NCBI GenBank assembly: GCA_951406725.2
Contig: OX597823.1
Span: 79,608,001 to 79,672,000, forward strand
DNA: 64,000 nucleotides
Source of the DNA: Octopus vulgaris
Taxonomy: Eukaryota
Reading direction: 5' to 3'
Below, piece after piece: positions 13,498-28,100 of the stretch. The notes below the pieces were generated by a model, which ran no database searches, had not been told where the DNA came from, and worked only from the letters and a program-made list of their open reading frames with translations. Each line of letters opens with the position of its first letter. The stretch's first letter is position 1. Made by a program: the position numbers and the translations under genes.

Positions 13498-14283
13498 AAA
13501 GATATATATAAACTTTTGTTTTACTATTACTTATCTTTTTTTTCTTTTCTTTTCTCCCTTACATCTAGTTAGTTCTGGTTATATATATATATACGTATGT
13601 ATGTATGTATGTATGTATGTATGTATGTATGTATGTATGTATGTGTGTATGCACGTACGTACGCATGTGCGTATGTATGTATATTCATATGCATAAGGGA
13701 GAAAAGAAAAGAAAAGAAAAAAAATGATAAGTAATAGTAAAACAAAAGTTTTGTGATATAGAGATAAATGTCTGATAATAGGTCTTAGAGTTTTGCTTTA
13801 GGGGTGAGGGAGGTAAATCACTTCCTAGTTTCGGCGGGGGAAGGTTGAAATTTGATATTGTGATGAGTGGTCAGTCTACATCTATCCATCACTACAGATT
13901 TATAGCTTTAAGTTTATAGTGTGTATGTGCGTGCATATACACACACACATACATACATACATACATACATACATACATACATACATACATACATACATAC
14001 ATACATACATACATACCATACATACATACACACAGGCGTACGTACGTACATACATACATGCATGCATACTTGCGTGTATACATACCTACACACATACATA
14101 CGTACATATATATAACGAACTATCTGTTCATTTCTCAGATGAAGCCCGGATTTTTGTCAGTGAACAGGTCGCGGTCTTATAGCGACGAAAATATTTTGAC
14201 AAATTAAACTTAAATGTTGAAGTGAATCGAACGGCGTTTGTGTGTTTCTTAAATGGTTTACAAACAACTTCCATGCTGCAATT

Positions 14284-14336
<53 letters not shown>

Positions 14337-14338
<2 letters not shown>

Positions 14339-15836
14339 GAGTCTTGCAGACAAATTCAGGCCAATTTTATCAGTTGATTTAGTAGGTTTAACATTTCATT
14401 TTTTGACAAAATCTTGCTTGCTTGAAAGATTTAATCTAATTCAGGTAAATAGCAAACGGTTCGACAACAGAGAATCATAGAACAACAGAATCGTTCCGCC
14501 ATTGTTGTCTTGGTGCGCTCCGGGCACACTGCCAATAAAATTGTTAAGCTGACTCAAATTCGAAAAGCAACAGTTTATCATGTTCATAAACAAGTTAAAG
14601 AATAGGGAAAGATTGGTAGAAAAGAGCACAAAACTCGAAGTGATTCCAAGCGCAGTCTAGTTTTTCGCTAGCTTCAAACATTCGATTGAAGCCAACCCAC
14701 CCAGATCCATAGCAACTCTTGCAAAGAAACGCAACGTATCCCTTTCCACGGTGTCCAGAACTGTGGGCAGGAACTTCGGCATGATTAGCTATGTTCGACG
14801 ACGCCGTCACTTCCTAACAGTCAAGGCCAAATCAGTCAGACCCGAGAGGTACCCAAAGCTTCTTTCATTCCTCAAGCATCAAGGGAAAACTCTCGTGTTT
14901 GTGGGCCAGAAGTTCACTGTGGACACTGAGACGAATTGCAGAAATTCTCGAGTGATTGCATACAACCCTTCTGACGTCCCTGCTGTGTTTGTGACTAAGA
15001 ATCCTTCTATGTTATGGTATAAGGCGGCGAGCTGGCAGAATCGTTAGCACGCCGGGCGAAATGCTCAGCGGTATTTCGTCTGGCGCTACGTTCTGAGTCC
15101 AAATTCCGCCGAGGTCGACTTTGCCTTTCATCCTTACAGGGTCGATTAAATAAGTACCAGTTACGCACTGGAGTCGATATAATCGACTTAATCCGTTTGT
15201 CAGTCTTTGTTTGTCCTCTCTGTGTTTAGCCCCTTGTGGGTAGTAAAAGAAATAGGTATTTGGAGCCATAATGAGTGACTGAAGTGTCAGGGATCCACAT
15301 TTCATTGAGTTTGGTTTGAAGATCGCCACAAAGGAGTATCTGGACATCCTGAAGAACACTCTGTTACTTTGGAGGAACAGAAGTTTGGGCTTAACAATGC
15401 TGTGCTTATCCAGGATTCAGCACTATGCCATTGTTCAGAAGCAAAACAGGCCTTCTTTGGTGACAAGGTGCCATATTTTGTGAGGGACATCATCTGGCCC
15501 AGTAATAGCCCAAATCTCAACCTTCTCGATTAATTTTTATGGGGCGTACTTCAAGTAAGAACCAATGCATCACCACACTCGAGTGCCAACAGTTTGAAGA
15601 CTTGGGTCGTTCGAGCGACACGCAAAATCAAAAAGGTGGAGGTTGCAGCAGCTGCCAAAAATTTCGTTCTCGTGTGGAGGCAGTAATCGCTCGAAAGGGC
15701 GGCCATATTGAATGATAAATGTTTTTGTTGTAATGAATGAATGTTGCATTCAAATTATAGCTGTCTGCACCGTTATTTTACTATTTATAACCAGTTTTAT
15801 GCATCGTAAAAGTTGTCTCAATTTATCTGCAAGATC

Positions 15837-15839
<3 letters not shown>
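14337..15839 (+). mobile_element. Tc1/mariner-superfamily transposon (maT/DD37D-like), degenerate, SINE-interrupted
   Basis: ~32-bp imperfect TIRs (cagagtcttgcagacaaattcaggccaatttt / aaaagttgtctcaatttatctgcaagatcctg) in TA context. Transposase remnants MVFGAI, IQDSALCH and WPSNSPNLNLLD*FLWG. Confidence 0.85.
15021..15260 (+). mobile_element. tRNA-derived SINE family A, full length, inside the transposase
   Basis: Head 'ggcggcgagctggcagaatcgttagc', core 'gcctttcatcctt..ggggtcgat.aa..aagtaccag', tail '...gtaaaagaaatagg'; 'ggtat' on both sides. Confidence 0.92.
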
Positions 15840-15869
<30 letters not shown>

Positions 15870-16544
15870 CGTGTGCATTATGTGTGTGTACACATATATG
15901 TGTGTGTACACGTGTATATGTGTGTGTCCGTGCGTATGTGTATCTGTGTAATTCATCGATAATGCCTGCATAAATATATAAAGTTGTTCGGATATTACAT
16001 ATCAATTAAGTACAAATGTTATTTATCTTAAAGGGCCTCCTGGAATCGTATGCCTAATCATATCAACGTGCTTTATGTATAATTCAACCGAATATTAACA
16101 GGAATGTAATTGGGAAATAAATTGATATATAAAAATTTGTAAAATATAATTAAATATATTTACATATATGAATGATAACAAATGAAATATATAAAAATTT
16201 AAGCTTGATATATATAATTACCATAACTAAATTTATATCAATTTTCTTAAATATAATTTAACTAGCTTCGAAATTGCATAAAGTGTTTATGATATTATTA
16301 AATGTAAGAGGCTATGTAAAATATTTAAGAAACTTATACAATTTGATTGTGCAATAACTTTGAATTCCTTAAGTGAAAGATACGAAATTGGTGTTACATC
16401 GCATTTCTACCTTTGCCAAAGTGTTAAAGACGTGATCAACGAGAATTGAAACCACGGTATTGACTCTGCCTGTCTAATCGTATACTTTTCTTTACAAGTG
16501 ATGTATTATTATTATTATAATAATAATTATTATTATTATTATTA

Positions 16545-16584
<40 letters not shown>

Positions 16585-16599
16585 CATCATCATCATCAT

Positions 16600-17180
16600 T
16601 GCCTTTGCACTGCTTCTAATGCTGGAAATGTACTGCGGTGTTAGCTGTTCATTACCAATGAACTATGGTAACACCTCTTATTTTTTGAGCACCTTCCAGA
16701 CTATTCGGGCGGTTCCAAGCAGTGCTGTTTTCTGTATGTGCTCCACCCTTATTGCAACCCCTATTTGTTTCATGTACTTCTCGAAATGTTTGCTCTGTTC
16801 CCAGGGCTCCGGCAATCATTGGTACTACTGCTACCTTTTTCATCGACCACAACTGCTTAACTTCCCAAGCTAAACTGTCATATCTCTCGACTTTTCTTTC
16901 TTCCTTATCGCATACTTTGTTGTCAGCTGGGCATGCTATATCTATGATCCAGCATAGTTTGTTTTCTTTCTCAGTTAAGACCGTTTCCGGTTTTAAATCG
17001 CTTTATATCAGCCTCAGCCATCTTTTTTCTCTGTCTGTCTTATCTTCAACATCCCTATGAAATTGACCAGGCATTCTTTTTTTTACCCACCTATTTTCAG
17101 TTTCATTCGTTTTCAATTTCTTGTACAGTGCTTTATCTTTGCAATCTTTCATCCTGCTCAAGCCTGACCTTCTAATTATA
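16600..17180 (-). mobile_element. R4/Dong-like retrotransposon fragment
   Basis: MPGQFHRDVE..., CWIIDIACPADNKV...ERYDSLAWEVKQLWSMKKVAVVPMIAGALGT; next to (TTA)n. Confidence 0.8.
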
Positions 17181-17355
17181 GAGATTCTGTGGCATATTTT
17201 TACATTATTTTCATTAAAGTGGCAGATTGGCAGAATCGTTAACACACCAGGTAAAATGCTTAGCGGTATTTCATCTATCTTTACATCTCGTTTTTGGATT
17301 TGATTTGCAAGATTCTTTATATGAGTACGTATGTTGAAGCATATTTTGTTGTGTC

Positions 17356-17996
17356 TGCGGAGCGTACTAAAGATTCTACTAGCTCTCTGCCTCAATAATA
17401 ATCCTTTCTTCAATAGGCACAAGGCATGGAATTTGTGGAGAGAGGGTGATAGTCATTACATCGACCCCAGTGTTTCACTGGTACTCAATTTATCGACCAT
17501 GAAAGGATAAAAGGTAAAGTAAACCTCGGTGGAATTTGTTATCAGAACGTTAAGATAGACTGTTGTGTCTGGGGAGAGTCATTTTCTTTTTGTGCCTTAT
17601 AATGTAAAACCCTCACCGGTAAAATTTCCACTTATTTCTTATTTTTATTTTCCTAAAAGTTTCGTTGTGTCTTGCGATATTTTCAATGGTCTTGACTTTA
17701 GGAAAATAAAAATAAGAAATAAGTGGAAATTTTACCGGTGAGTGTGTTACATTATAAGGCACAAAAAGAAAATGACTCTCCCCACACACAACAGTCTATC
17801 TTTATGTTCTGATAACAAATTCCACCGAGGTTTACTTTACCTTTTATCCTTTCATGGTCGATAAATTGAGTACCAGTGAAACACTGGGGTCGATGTAATG
17901 ACTATCACCCTCTCCACAAATTCCATGTCTTGTACCTATTGAAGAAAGGATTATTATTAAGGCAGAGAGCTGGTAGAATCTTTAGTACGCTCCGCA
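17356..17996. repeat. Long inverted repeat (~300-bp arms, 39-nt loop)
   Basis: 17356-17657 is the near reverse complement of 17697-17996. Confidence 0.93.
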
Positions 17997-18419
17997 AAGT
18001 GCTTAGACGTATTTCGTCTATCTTTACGTTCCAAGTTCAAATTCTTTTCGAGTTCAATAAAATAATTACTAGTTGAGTACTGGGGTCGATATAATCGACT
18101 AGCTCCCTTTCCCAAAATTTCAGGCCTTGTGCCTATAGTTGAAAAGATTATTATTTTTTATTTTATTTTTATTATCCACTTCTTTCAATTTAGTTGCCAT
18201 TTCTTGCCGAGTCTCTTCCCGACACCTAGGGCAAAGAAATTCACTGTATACATTGGTAGGCCATTAAAATAAACACACCAGGTTGTTCATTTACAAGTCA
18301 TGTAATAGAAATAAAAAGAGGGAAGAAAGAAAGAAAGAAAAAGGAAGGAAGAAAAAATAAAAGTAGGAAAAAATTAAAAACATGAACACAAAGAAAATAA
18401 AAGGGTGAAAGAAAAGAAA

Positions 18420-18990
18420 ATTCACAGAGACAATGCCCAATACGTGTGACATACCAGTTAAAACAATCTTTTGACCTTCTTACATGGATGGTAAGCCAAG
18501 GATCATCCTCAAATAATTTTCAGTTCCTTTTTTGATCATTCCAAGTGTTCCTACCATCAATGGTATTGTAACCGTCTTGAAAAGCCACATTTTTTTCAAT
18601 TTCAATCTGGAAAGCTTTATATTTTCTGAACTCATCAAATTCTTTTGCCGAGATATTTCTATCACAAGGTATGCTCATGTGAGTCAATTATTTTCTCTAT
18701 TGTTTTGGTCTTTCATGGCAATATCTGATTTATTAGCTTTGATGGTCTGGTCTGTATGGACTGGAAAGTCCCAAAGACTTATTACATTTTCTGCCTCAGT
18801 TCCAACTTCAGAGTGATGCTTGTACCATTTGTCAGCAGCATTGATTTTTATAATACTGATATATCAACCCGTGTAGATATTGGCCAACTCTGTTATGTTC
18901 TGATTTATACTGTACAAGTGCTAAAACTTTACACCCAGAGATTAGATAGTCCACTGTTTCAATCTCATCGTTGTAGTATCGTCACTTTGG
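18420..18990 (-). mobile_element. Degenerate R4/Dong-like retrotransposon 3' part
   Basis: FPVHTDQTIKANKSDI...KMWLFKTVTIPLMVGTLGMIKKG, with stops and frameshifts. Confidence 0.75.
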
Positions 18991-19017
18991 GTCAACTTAT
19001 TATTATTATTATGGTGA

Positions 19018-20075
19018 AGGCGGCGAGCTGGCAGAGACGTTAGTACGCCGGGCGAAATGCTTAGCGGTATTTCGTCTGCCGTTACGTTCTGAGTTCAAAT
19101 TCCGCCGGGATCGACTTTGCCTTTCATCCATTCGGAGTCGATAAATTAAGTACCAGTTACGCACTAGGGTCGATGTAATCGACTTAATCCCTTTGTCTGT
19201 CCTTGTTTGTTCCTTCTGTGTTTAGCCCCTTGTGGGTAGTAAAGAAATAGGTATTTCGCCCGTCGCTCCGTTCTGAGTTCAAATTCCACCGAGGTAAACT
19301 TTGTTTTTCCTCCTTTCGGTATCGATAAAACAGGTATCAGTTGCACACTGGGGTCGATGGAATCGACTCATTCCGTCTCCTAAAATGGCTGCCCTTGTGG
19401 CAAATTTTGAAACCATTATTATTAAGGTGGCAAGAGCTGACAGAATCGTTAGAAAGCCAGTAAAAGTGTTTAGTGACATTTCGTCCGTCTGAGTTCAAAT
19501 TCCACCGAGACCGACTTTGCCTTTCACCCTTTCGGGGTCGATAAATTAAGTACCAGTGAAACATTTGGGGTCAATGTTATCGACTAGTCTCCTCTCCCAA
19601 AATTTCAGGTGTTGTACCTACAGTAGAAAGGGTTATTATTATTATTAAGATGAAGGCGGCGTGCTGGCAGAAATCTTAGCACGCCGGACGAAATGCTTAG
19701 CGGTATTTCGTCTGTCTTTGCGTTCTGAGTTCAAATACCGCCGAGTTCGACTTTGCCTTTCATCCTTTCGATAAATTAAGTACCAGTTGCGTACTGTGGT
19801 CGATCTAATCGACTGGCCTCCTACCCAAAAATTTCGATCCTTGTGCCTAGAGAAGAAAAGATTATTATAAATGGCAAGATGGTAGAATCGTTAGCACGCC
19901 GGGCAAAATGCTTAATGGTATTTCGTACCTCCTTACGTTCTGAATTCAAATTACCCCAAGATCGACTTTGCGCTTTATCCTTTCGGGATTCCATAAGATA
20001 ATGTTACCCCTCAAGTACTGAGATCGAAGTAATCACCTATCCACTAGCCCCTAAATTTGCTAGCCCTGTACCAAA
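19018..20075 (+). mobile_element. Head-to-tail array of about five SINE family A copies
   Basis: Repeated heads and cores at about 19018, 19256, 19424, 19654 and 19870, mostly separated by (ATT)n. Confidence 0.88.
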
Positions 20076-20087
20076 ATGTTTAAAACA

Positions 20088-21805
<1,718 letters not shown>

Positions 21806-21834
21806 TGAGATTTAATAGTGGTGGCATTATATTA

Positions 21835-22450
21835 AGGCGGATAAGGTGGTGAGTTGGAAGAATTATTAAGCACGCCGGGCGAAATGCTTCGCAGCATTCC
21901 GCCCGTCGCTACGTTCTGCGTTCAAATACCGCCGAGTTCGGCTTTGCCTTTCATCTTTTTCGGGGTCGATAAATTAAACGTCAGTTGTGTACTGGGATCG
22001 ATGTAATCGATTCATCCCCTCCCCACAAAATTACTGCTCTTGTGGCAAAATTTGAAACCATTATATTAATGTAGTGGCTGCTTTACGTTCTGAGTTCAAA
22101 CTCCGCCGTGCATCATAAACGCGTCGGGCAAAATGCTTAGCGGCCTATATCCTAGTTCTCTACGTTCAAATTTCAAATCCCACCGAAGCTGGTTTTTATC
22201 TATCATATTGTCGAAGTCGATTAAATAAGTACCAATCTGATCCTGGGGTTGCTGGAATCCACTGGCTCCCCCTCCCCATTCCCACCCCCAAATTTCAGGC
22301 CTTGTCCCTATAGGAGTCAGAATTATATGAAGCGGTCAGCGGACAGAATTGTTAGTGCGTCCGATAAAAATGCTTAGCAGCAGTTCTTCTGGCGTTTTAT
22401 CCGGCCCTTACCCTAAAATTACTGGTCTCGTACCATATAATTTGAAGTTA
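21835..22450 (+). mobile_element. Cluster of diverged SINE family A copies
   Basis: Family A head, core and tail motifs recur at least three times. Confidence 0.8.
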
Positions 22451-22654
22451 TTAGAAAATAATGTTGTTGTGAGTTGATATGCCTCTGTTTCCGGTAGTGT
22501 GGATGATGATGATGAATAGGACGAGGAGTGGATCAGAGTGGCGGTATTTATCTGACAAAAGGAAAGCTTTTAAAAGGACTTTTAAAAGGAAAGCTGTGGT
22601 AATGGCGAAAATAGAAGCAGTGCAAGCAGCTCTGTAGTGGTTGACGCTGCCACT

Positions 22655-22708
<54 letters not shown>

Positions 22709-22709
22709 A

Positions 22710-24178
22710 TGTTCTTGTCTGCCAGTTTGATTCCGAATAATGTCTGTCAATTGCCCGGCTATCCCATAGACACAAGAAACAACAGTATTTTGTGAAACCT
22801 GATTGCATTCCCATTAACATTCCGATGACTTTTAAATCAGCACACATTTTCCATGAGTATCTTTCAAAACCACTGGCATGAAGTAAAAGTTCCATATTCT
22901 CATGTGATTCCCGAAGATGAATGGAATGTGCAGTAGGAATGGAGGGCTTCAAATTGCCATTATGGAGAAATACAGCTCTTAAACTTTGTTTTGAAGAGTC
23001 AATAAACAAACGCCACTCTGCAGGGTCATGATTTTATGATAAACATTCGAAAAGTCCATCGATGTTACTGCAAAAGCAAAGCGGACCTTCAACAGAAAAA
23101 CACGTTTGTAGAACCACATTTCTCTGCCGAAAAAAAGTAATACGAACACTGTGCTCTAGCAGATACTTCTCCTTCATACTTGATGCCAACACTTCTGCTT
23201 TATCTTTTGAGAGGGATATGTCTCTGACAAGGTCATTCAGTTCAGTTTGAGGAAATTTCTGAGGTTCAAAGCAATCGTCATCAGCCACGTAATCTTCCTC
23301 GGCAGCATTATCGTGACAGTCAGCATCATCATCTGATGTTTCAATTCATTCCATCATCTGGTGGAACTGGAATTGGCAGACTTTTATTGTGAGGCACACG
23401 TCTCATTGTAGAATCCAAATTGGGATATACAATTTTGTGTTTATTCCTCATAGAAAATCCTGTGACATTTACTTCGCAAAAATAAGTCATTAAAATGGTC
23501 TTTCAGCACCCTCCATATCACTGGAATGGCAAAAGACATGAACTTCTTATTGAACCAGTTATGCAAGCCATTTGAGCAAGCTGAGCAGATAAAATATGGT
23601 GCCCATAGCTTGTCCTGATCTGTAAGAGGACAGTCAAAGTATAGCTTATAATTCTTCTTGATCTCTGGTGTTATTGTACGTTTTTGAGCTTTCACAATAA
23701 ATTGTCTACATATATAACAAAACACATCAGGACGATTTCTACACTGTCTTGACATTGTTAATACTATAAAACAAGTCAGGAAATAGATACAAGCGGTTAT
23801 ACTTATATTGAATTTGAGATGATGAAATATTTCATCGGACCAGTTATTACTGGACAATTTGAAATGTTGAAATACCTATTTCATCAGACAAAACTTGATT
23901 GGTTAATTTAAGATGATGAAATATTTCACCTAAACTATGCAGCAATGAATAATCTAGTTTATTTTAAAGGTATGTTTACATGATGTAAATGAAAAACATG
24001 CATACACGTCATTAATTGGAATTTCTATATAATGCATGAGCTAAAACCAAAAAACACTTTTTCAACTCGAAAACTGTACGTGATGTCAAACAACTAACTG
24101 CATATTTGAAATCAGCATTAAAAACTACACTAAGTACACATTGACATATGCTTGATGAAAAATATTTGTTGACCAGTA
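22710..24178 (-). mobile_element. Chapaev3-like (CMC superfamily) DNA transposon, 3'-truncated, frameshifted transposase
   Basis: N-terminal Cys-rich CRNRPDVFCYIC...WAPYFICSAC; ELNDLVRDISLSK; WRLFIDSSKQSLRAVFLHNGN...ADLKV...TKYCCFLCLWDSR; terminus (t)actggtcaacaaa at 24178. The family assignment is from memory. Confidence 0.75.
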
Positions 24179-24974
24179 TAATCATATTACTAAGTTGTTA
24201 AAAGCTCATAAATTATAATTGCTTTCAGCAATGGTTCCTATTGTCAACATAATTATCATGAAACAAAATGATGAACCAAAATGTGATCTTTAGTTCGTTA
24301 CTAGAACTGCGAAAAATAGCATCCAAATCCTTCCATATCATACAGTGCTATCTTAAAACACTGGGTGGATTATAAAAATGACGAAAGAGAATATGACTTT
24401 AGGCTCTTCAGCTTTTAAGGTTTCTTGGAAGTGGGGTTCTTCATCTATATAAGAGAGTTTACATTGTATTCGCCGACTAACTTCTCTTAGATAATATGTA
24501 TATCCAAATCAACAGTTTGTATTAGTTGGCTATCAACAGATATCAAAATCAACAGTTTGGAGGGTACTACATTAAAGAAAAATTAATTCTTTTATGTGAA
24601 GCATAGTTAATCGAACTGTATTACATGTATCTTTATAATCAATAAAATTGAATACAATTAAAATAATCAAAATTTATAATTAAGTATATCTTTTTAAAAA
24701 GTCATATGAAATCATTTTAATAGCTTAATTATTAGGAATTCCTTTTTGTGTCGGTTGTTTCATAATCTTGATTTGATTATATCGAACACTAGTAGTCAAA
24801 GTGGGACTTTTCCTAGCTCTCCTTTCTTAACTTTTTTTCTCCGTTCTCTCTCCCTTTTCCTACAGTTTTCTCAGTATATCTGACGAAGGTCTATGTCCGA
24901 AACATTATGATTTTACTCTGTAACTTTCATTTATAACCTTTTCTCCTTCTTTGAACGTCAACTAATTAATAATT

Positions 24975-25095
24975 CTTTCCTGTATAGGCAACAGGCTTAG
25001 AAATTTGGAGGAGGGATTAAGTCGATTACATCGACCTCAGTGCTCAACTGGAACTTATTTTATCGGCTCCGAAAAGATGAAAAGCAAAGTCTGCA
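24975..25095 (-). mobile_element. SINE family A fragment
   Basis: Reverse-complement core and tail motifs. Confidence 0.7.
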
Positions 25096-25259
25096 ACCTA
25101 ATAATATTAACTGTGAACATGTTTTGGACCTATGTTACTTTTTGTATTCGACTTTGTTCTTGTCATTTATTTGCCCTTTGCTTATATTGACTCAGTTTTC
25201 TTTCAAGCAATTCAGTTTCACTTTGTACTTGAATAAAGTCAAGTATGAATAACAACGAC

Positions 25260-25720
25260 ATATTCGATACCATGGAAACAGACCGTACAATTTATGAAAG
25301 AGCTATTAAACCAACATTATTAATCGGAGTTCCTTTCCCGATAATTTACTTTATGAAACAGTAAGGTCTTCTACACAAAGAAGTTCGGCGCTATGAACAT
25401 ATTGTAACTATGAAATGAATAAACTATCTGCATCAAAAGGTAAATTTGCATGAAAACATCATGTGAAGAACTGTGATAAAGACAAGCTATATACTTACAA
25501 TGCTTATTAAAGACTCTTCAGTAGCTCTGCCAAAAATTTCATTGCAAAAGTCGAAGCCATTTATATCAGGAGTTTAGAAGCAAATTCTAAGCAAACTGCA
25601 AATTTTCTGACAAGAATAGTGAATATATTATTTTCCTGTGAAGTATGTGCGAATTTCGTTTATAGATAATCCAATAAAGAATTGGTGTGTTTGTCCAAAT
25701 CGAAGAAACTAGCACATACA
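25260..25720 (+). mobile_element. Highly degenerate Merlin/IS1595-like transposase fragment
   Basis: Broken frames give GLLHKEV.., KFA*K..VKNC.K, IKDS..PKISLQK and IGVFVQIEET (compare IGG..VQIDES). Confidence 0.5.
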
Positions 25721-26396
25721 AGTAAAATGAAGAAAGATACTGGTGCAGAATCAAACCACGTATTAAAGAAATGCACAGAATCTCAAGAGACATTTTTATA
25801 TTCCTATATCCAGGAGTATATCTGACATGAAAGACGTTCATTTAAAACCTTCAATGATTTCCCTAGTACCATTTTAGATCAATATAGGTTTATCTAAAAT
25901 ATTATCGATGAATTTTTTCAAGGACACTATAAATGACATTTCAATGACATTTCAGTGGATGTATGCTTAAGTTTTAAAAAAAAGGGCAAAAGAAAAGTAT
26001 TTTAATATTTTGTTTGTAACTGAAGTTAATCACCTTTATTTGCGATTCTTCGTATTCATCATTGTTGTAAGATCCCTTGATAAAAGATATAGTCCTTGAA
26101 ATTGTTACTGGAGCGCATTTGATCATAGATTTAGACGAGCAGGGGTGATCACGAGCAAATCAACAACAACGAGATCATCATCATCATCATCATCATCATT
26201 CGGTTTCTATGCTTGTTTAGGTTGGATCAGTAATTGTCAACGTTTTCAATATCCGGGCCAGATCCAAAACCTGGATTTCCTTTTAGGGGGCTGCACACCA
26301 AAAAAAAAACTAAAATGCAAGACAGTTAAAGGATTCAATGTTAATACCATTCGAATATGCTAAAAGCACGCTCGGATTTGTAAACAAGTACGGTTC

Positions 26397-26444
26397 CTGT
26401 GGCTGAAGAGGAAATAACTACTCCAAAATGCTTGCATCTCACAG
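26397..26444 (+). ncRNA. Type I hammerhead fold with G12>A core mutation
   Basis: Stem I ctgtgg/tcacag; CTGAAGA; stem II gga/tcc; AAAA in place of GAAA; stem III a-tgc-tt-gca-t; AUC triplet. Confidence 0.6.
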
Positions 26445-27399
26445 TATGGATAGGTGGCGCTACGAGCTTGATTTTGGTGTATTTACACCATATGTCTATA
26501 GCTAGAAATTTTCTCCATGAAAAAAAACACAGTCAATGGGGCTTCGAATTGGTATTAACATTGCTTTTTCACTTACTGTTTAGCGCACTCACCCCGTAAA
26601 TTAAAAAAAAAATTATATCTATTGAGAGAAGACCATCGAGGGCCGTTGGAAGGATGCTTCAAGTGAATCATTATCATCAAAAGAGACCATCAATAAAAAC
26701 AACGAAAATAATGCAATTCTATTTCTCAGTATAACTCTCGAACCAACAGCGAAGATGCTATACGCTCGCTTGACTTAGAGAAACAGAAATGAATGCTCCG
26801 CGACGACGAAACACATCTTCACGTGTCCTTCCTTTTTCAAAAAATCAACGGGGTATAATTTGAAAAAGACTTGGTTGCTACTTCAAGCAAAAAGGATAAT
26901 AGAATTCATTGAGATTTGGTTACTATTTCTGGAGTCCTTCTTTACTGGCTGCTTATCAAATGATTGAAAGCCGGTGGTAAAATTTTGACGTCTTTGTCAT
27001 TGAAATTTTGTTGGGTTTTTTTTCTTCTTTTTTTTTTCATTTTACAGTCTTAGAACGATAGACAAATCTTGGTTGTTTTCTTCTGACAGCAACAATAGAA
27101 TTAGACATCTCAAAAGTATATAAAATAGAAAATAGAAAATAATTTCCTTCTTTCTTTTCTTTCTATTTTATTATATTATTGATAAAGCAAAACTGTCGTG
27201 GGACCAAACGATGACAATATTAACTGAGACTAATGCTGTTAATCTCATAGTTTAATGAAATTGTACCAGTCTTTGTCTTACTTAAGGGAGATAAGTCACG
27301 TTAGGGACGAGGATTAGTTTCAAGTGGAAATAATTCAGAAATAAGTTAACTGACCCAGTAAGGCGGCAGGATTTGTTTCGTTGTCGTACCTCTGGAAAT

Positions 27400-27650
27400 A
27401 GTCAGCAGTGGTCGTCGGAGAACTTCTATGAATTCACCAGCCTCAATTTCTGGCCTCCTAATACCCACGATTTTAAATAGATTACTATGTGTGGATCAGG
27501 GTTGTGAAAGATACCAACAGCTCTGCCTGCAACACCAAGGCCGAGTTGGTGCCCCAAGATGAAAGAGGTGGTAGAAGATCCTCCCGAGACACAATAAGGA
27601 GGCCGTGGTGGAAGCTGAGGACGGTCGCTTTGAGTAAATTGTTATCTCCC
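27400..27650 (+). mobile_element. maT/Tc1-like transposase C-terminal relic
   Basis: FWPPNTHDFK..DYYVWIRVVKDTNSSACNTKAELV (compare WPPNSPDLNPLDYYVW). Confidence 0.6.
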
Positions 27651-27769
27651 AGCCATAATCTAGTTGATATTATTTTGACACCTTAAAATATTTTCATTTT
27701 TAGATGGGATATTGTGCTTTATTTTCCTTTTATGCAAACTGTCAAATGCAGCACGGACACGCAAAGCCT

Positions 27770-28100
27770 CATACGTATTCTACCGCTAAGTTACGGGGAC
27801 GTAAGCACAGCTTACCAACTGATTAGAAGAAGAAGAAGAAGAAGAAGAAGAAGAAGAAGAAGAAGAAGAAGAAGAAGAAGAAGAAGAAGAAGAAGAAGAA
27901 GAAGACACTAGCTGTCAAGCGATGATGATGGACAAACACACACAGACACACATGTATATACGGTTTCTTTCAGTTTCTGTCAACCAAATCCACTCCCAAG
28001 GTTTTGGTCGACCCGAGTCCATAGTAGAAGACATTCGCCCAAGGTGCTACACAGAAGGGCCATGTGGATAGGAAGTAAACTTCTTGCCACACACGCCTGC
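27770..28100 (-). mobile_element. Diverged SINE family B with (GAA)n insertion at 27825-27905
   Basis: Family B motifs on both sides of a pure GAA tract. Confidence 0.7.

Noticed and set aside
17658-17700. Hammerhead in the loop of the large hairpin (minus: uugaaaa...cgaaac)
   Set aside because: Multiple core mismatches and no clear stems I or III.
19018-20075. CRISPR-like periodic repeats
   Set aside because: Units are ~200-bp SINE copies in a eukaryotic context; no spacers or cas genes.
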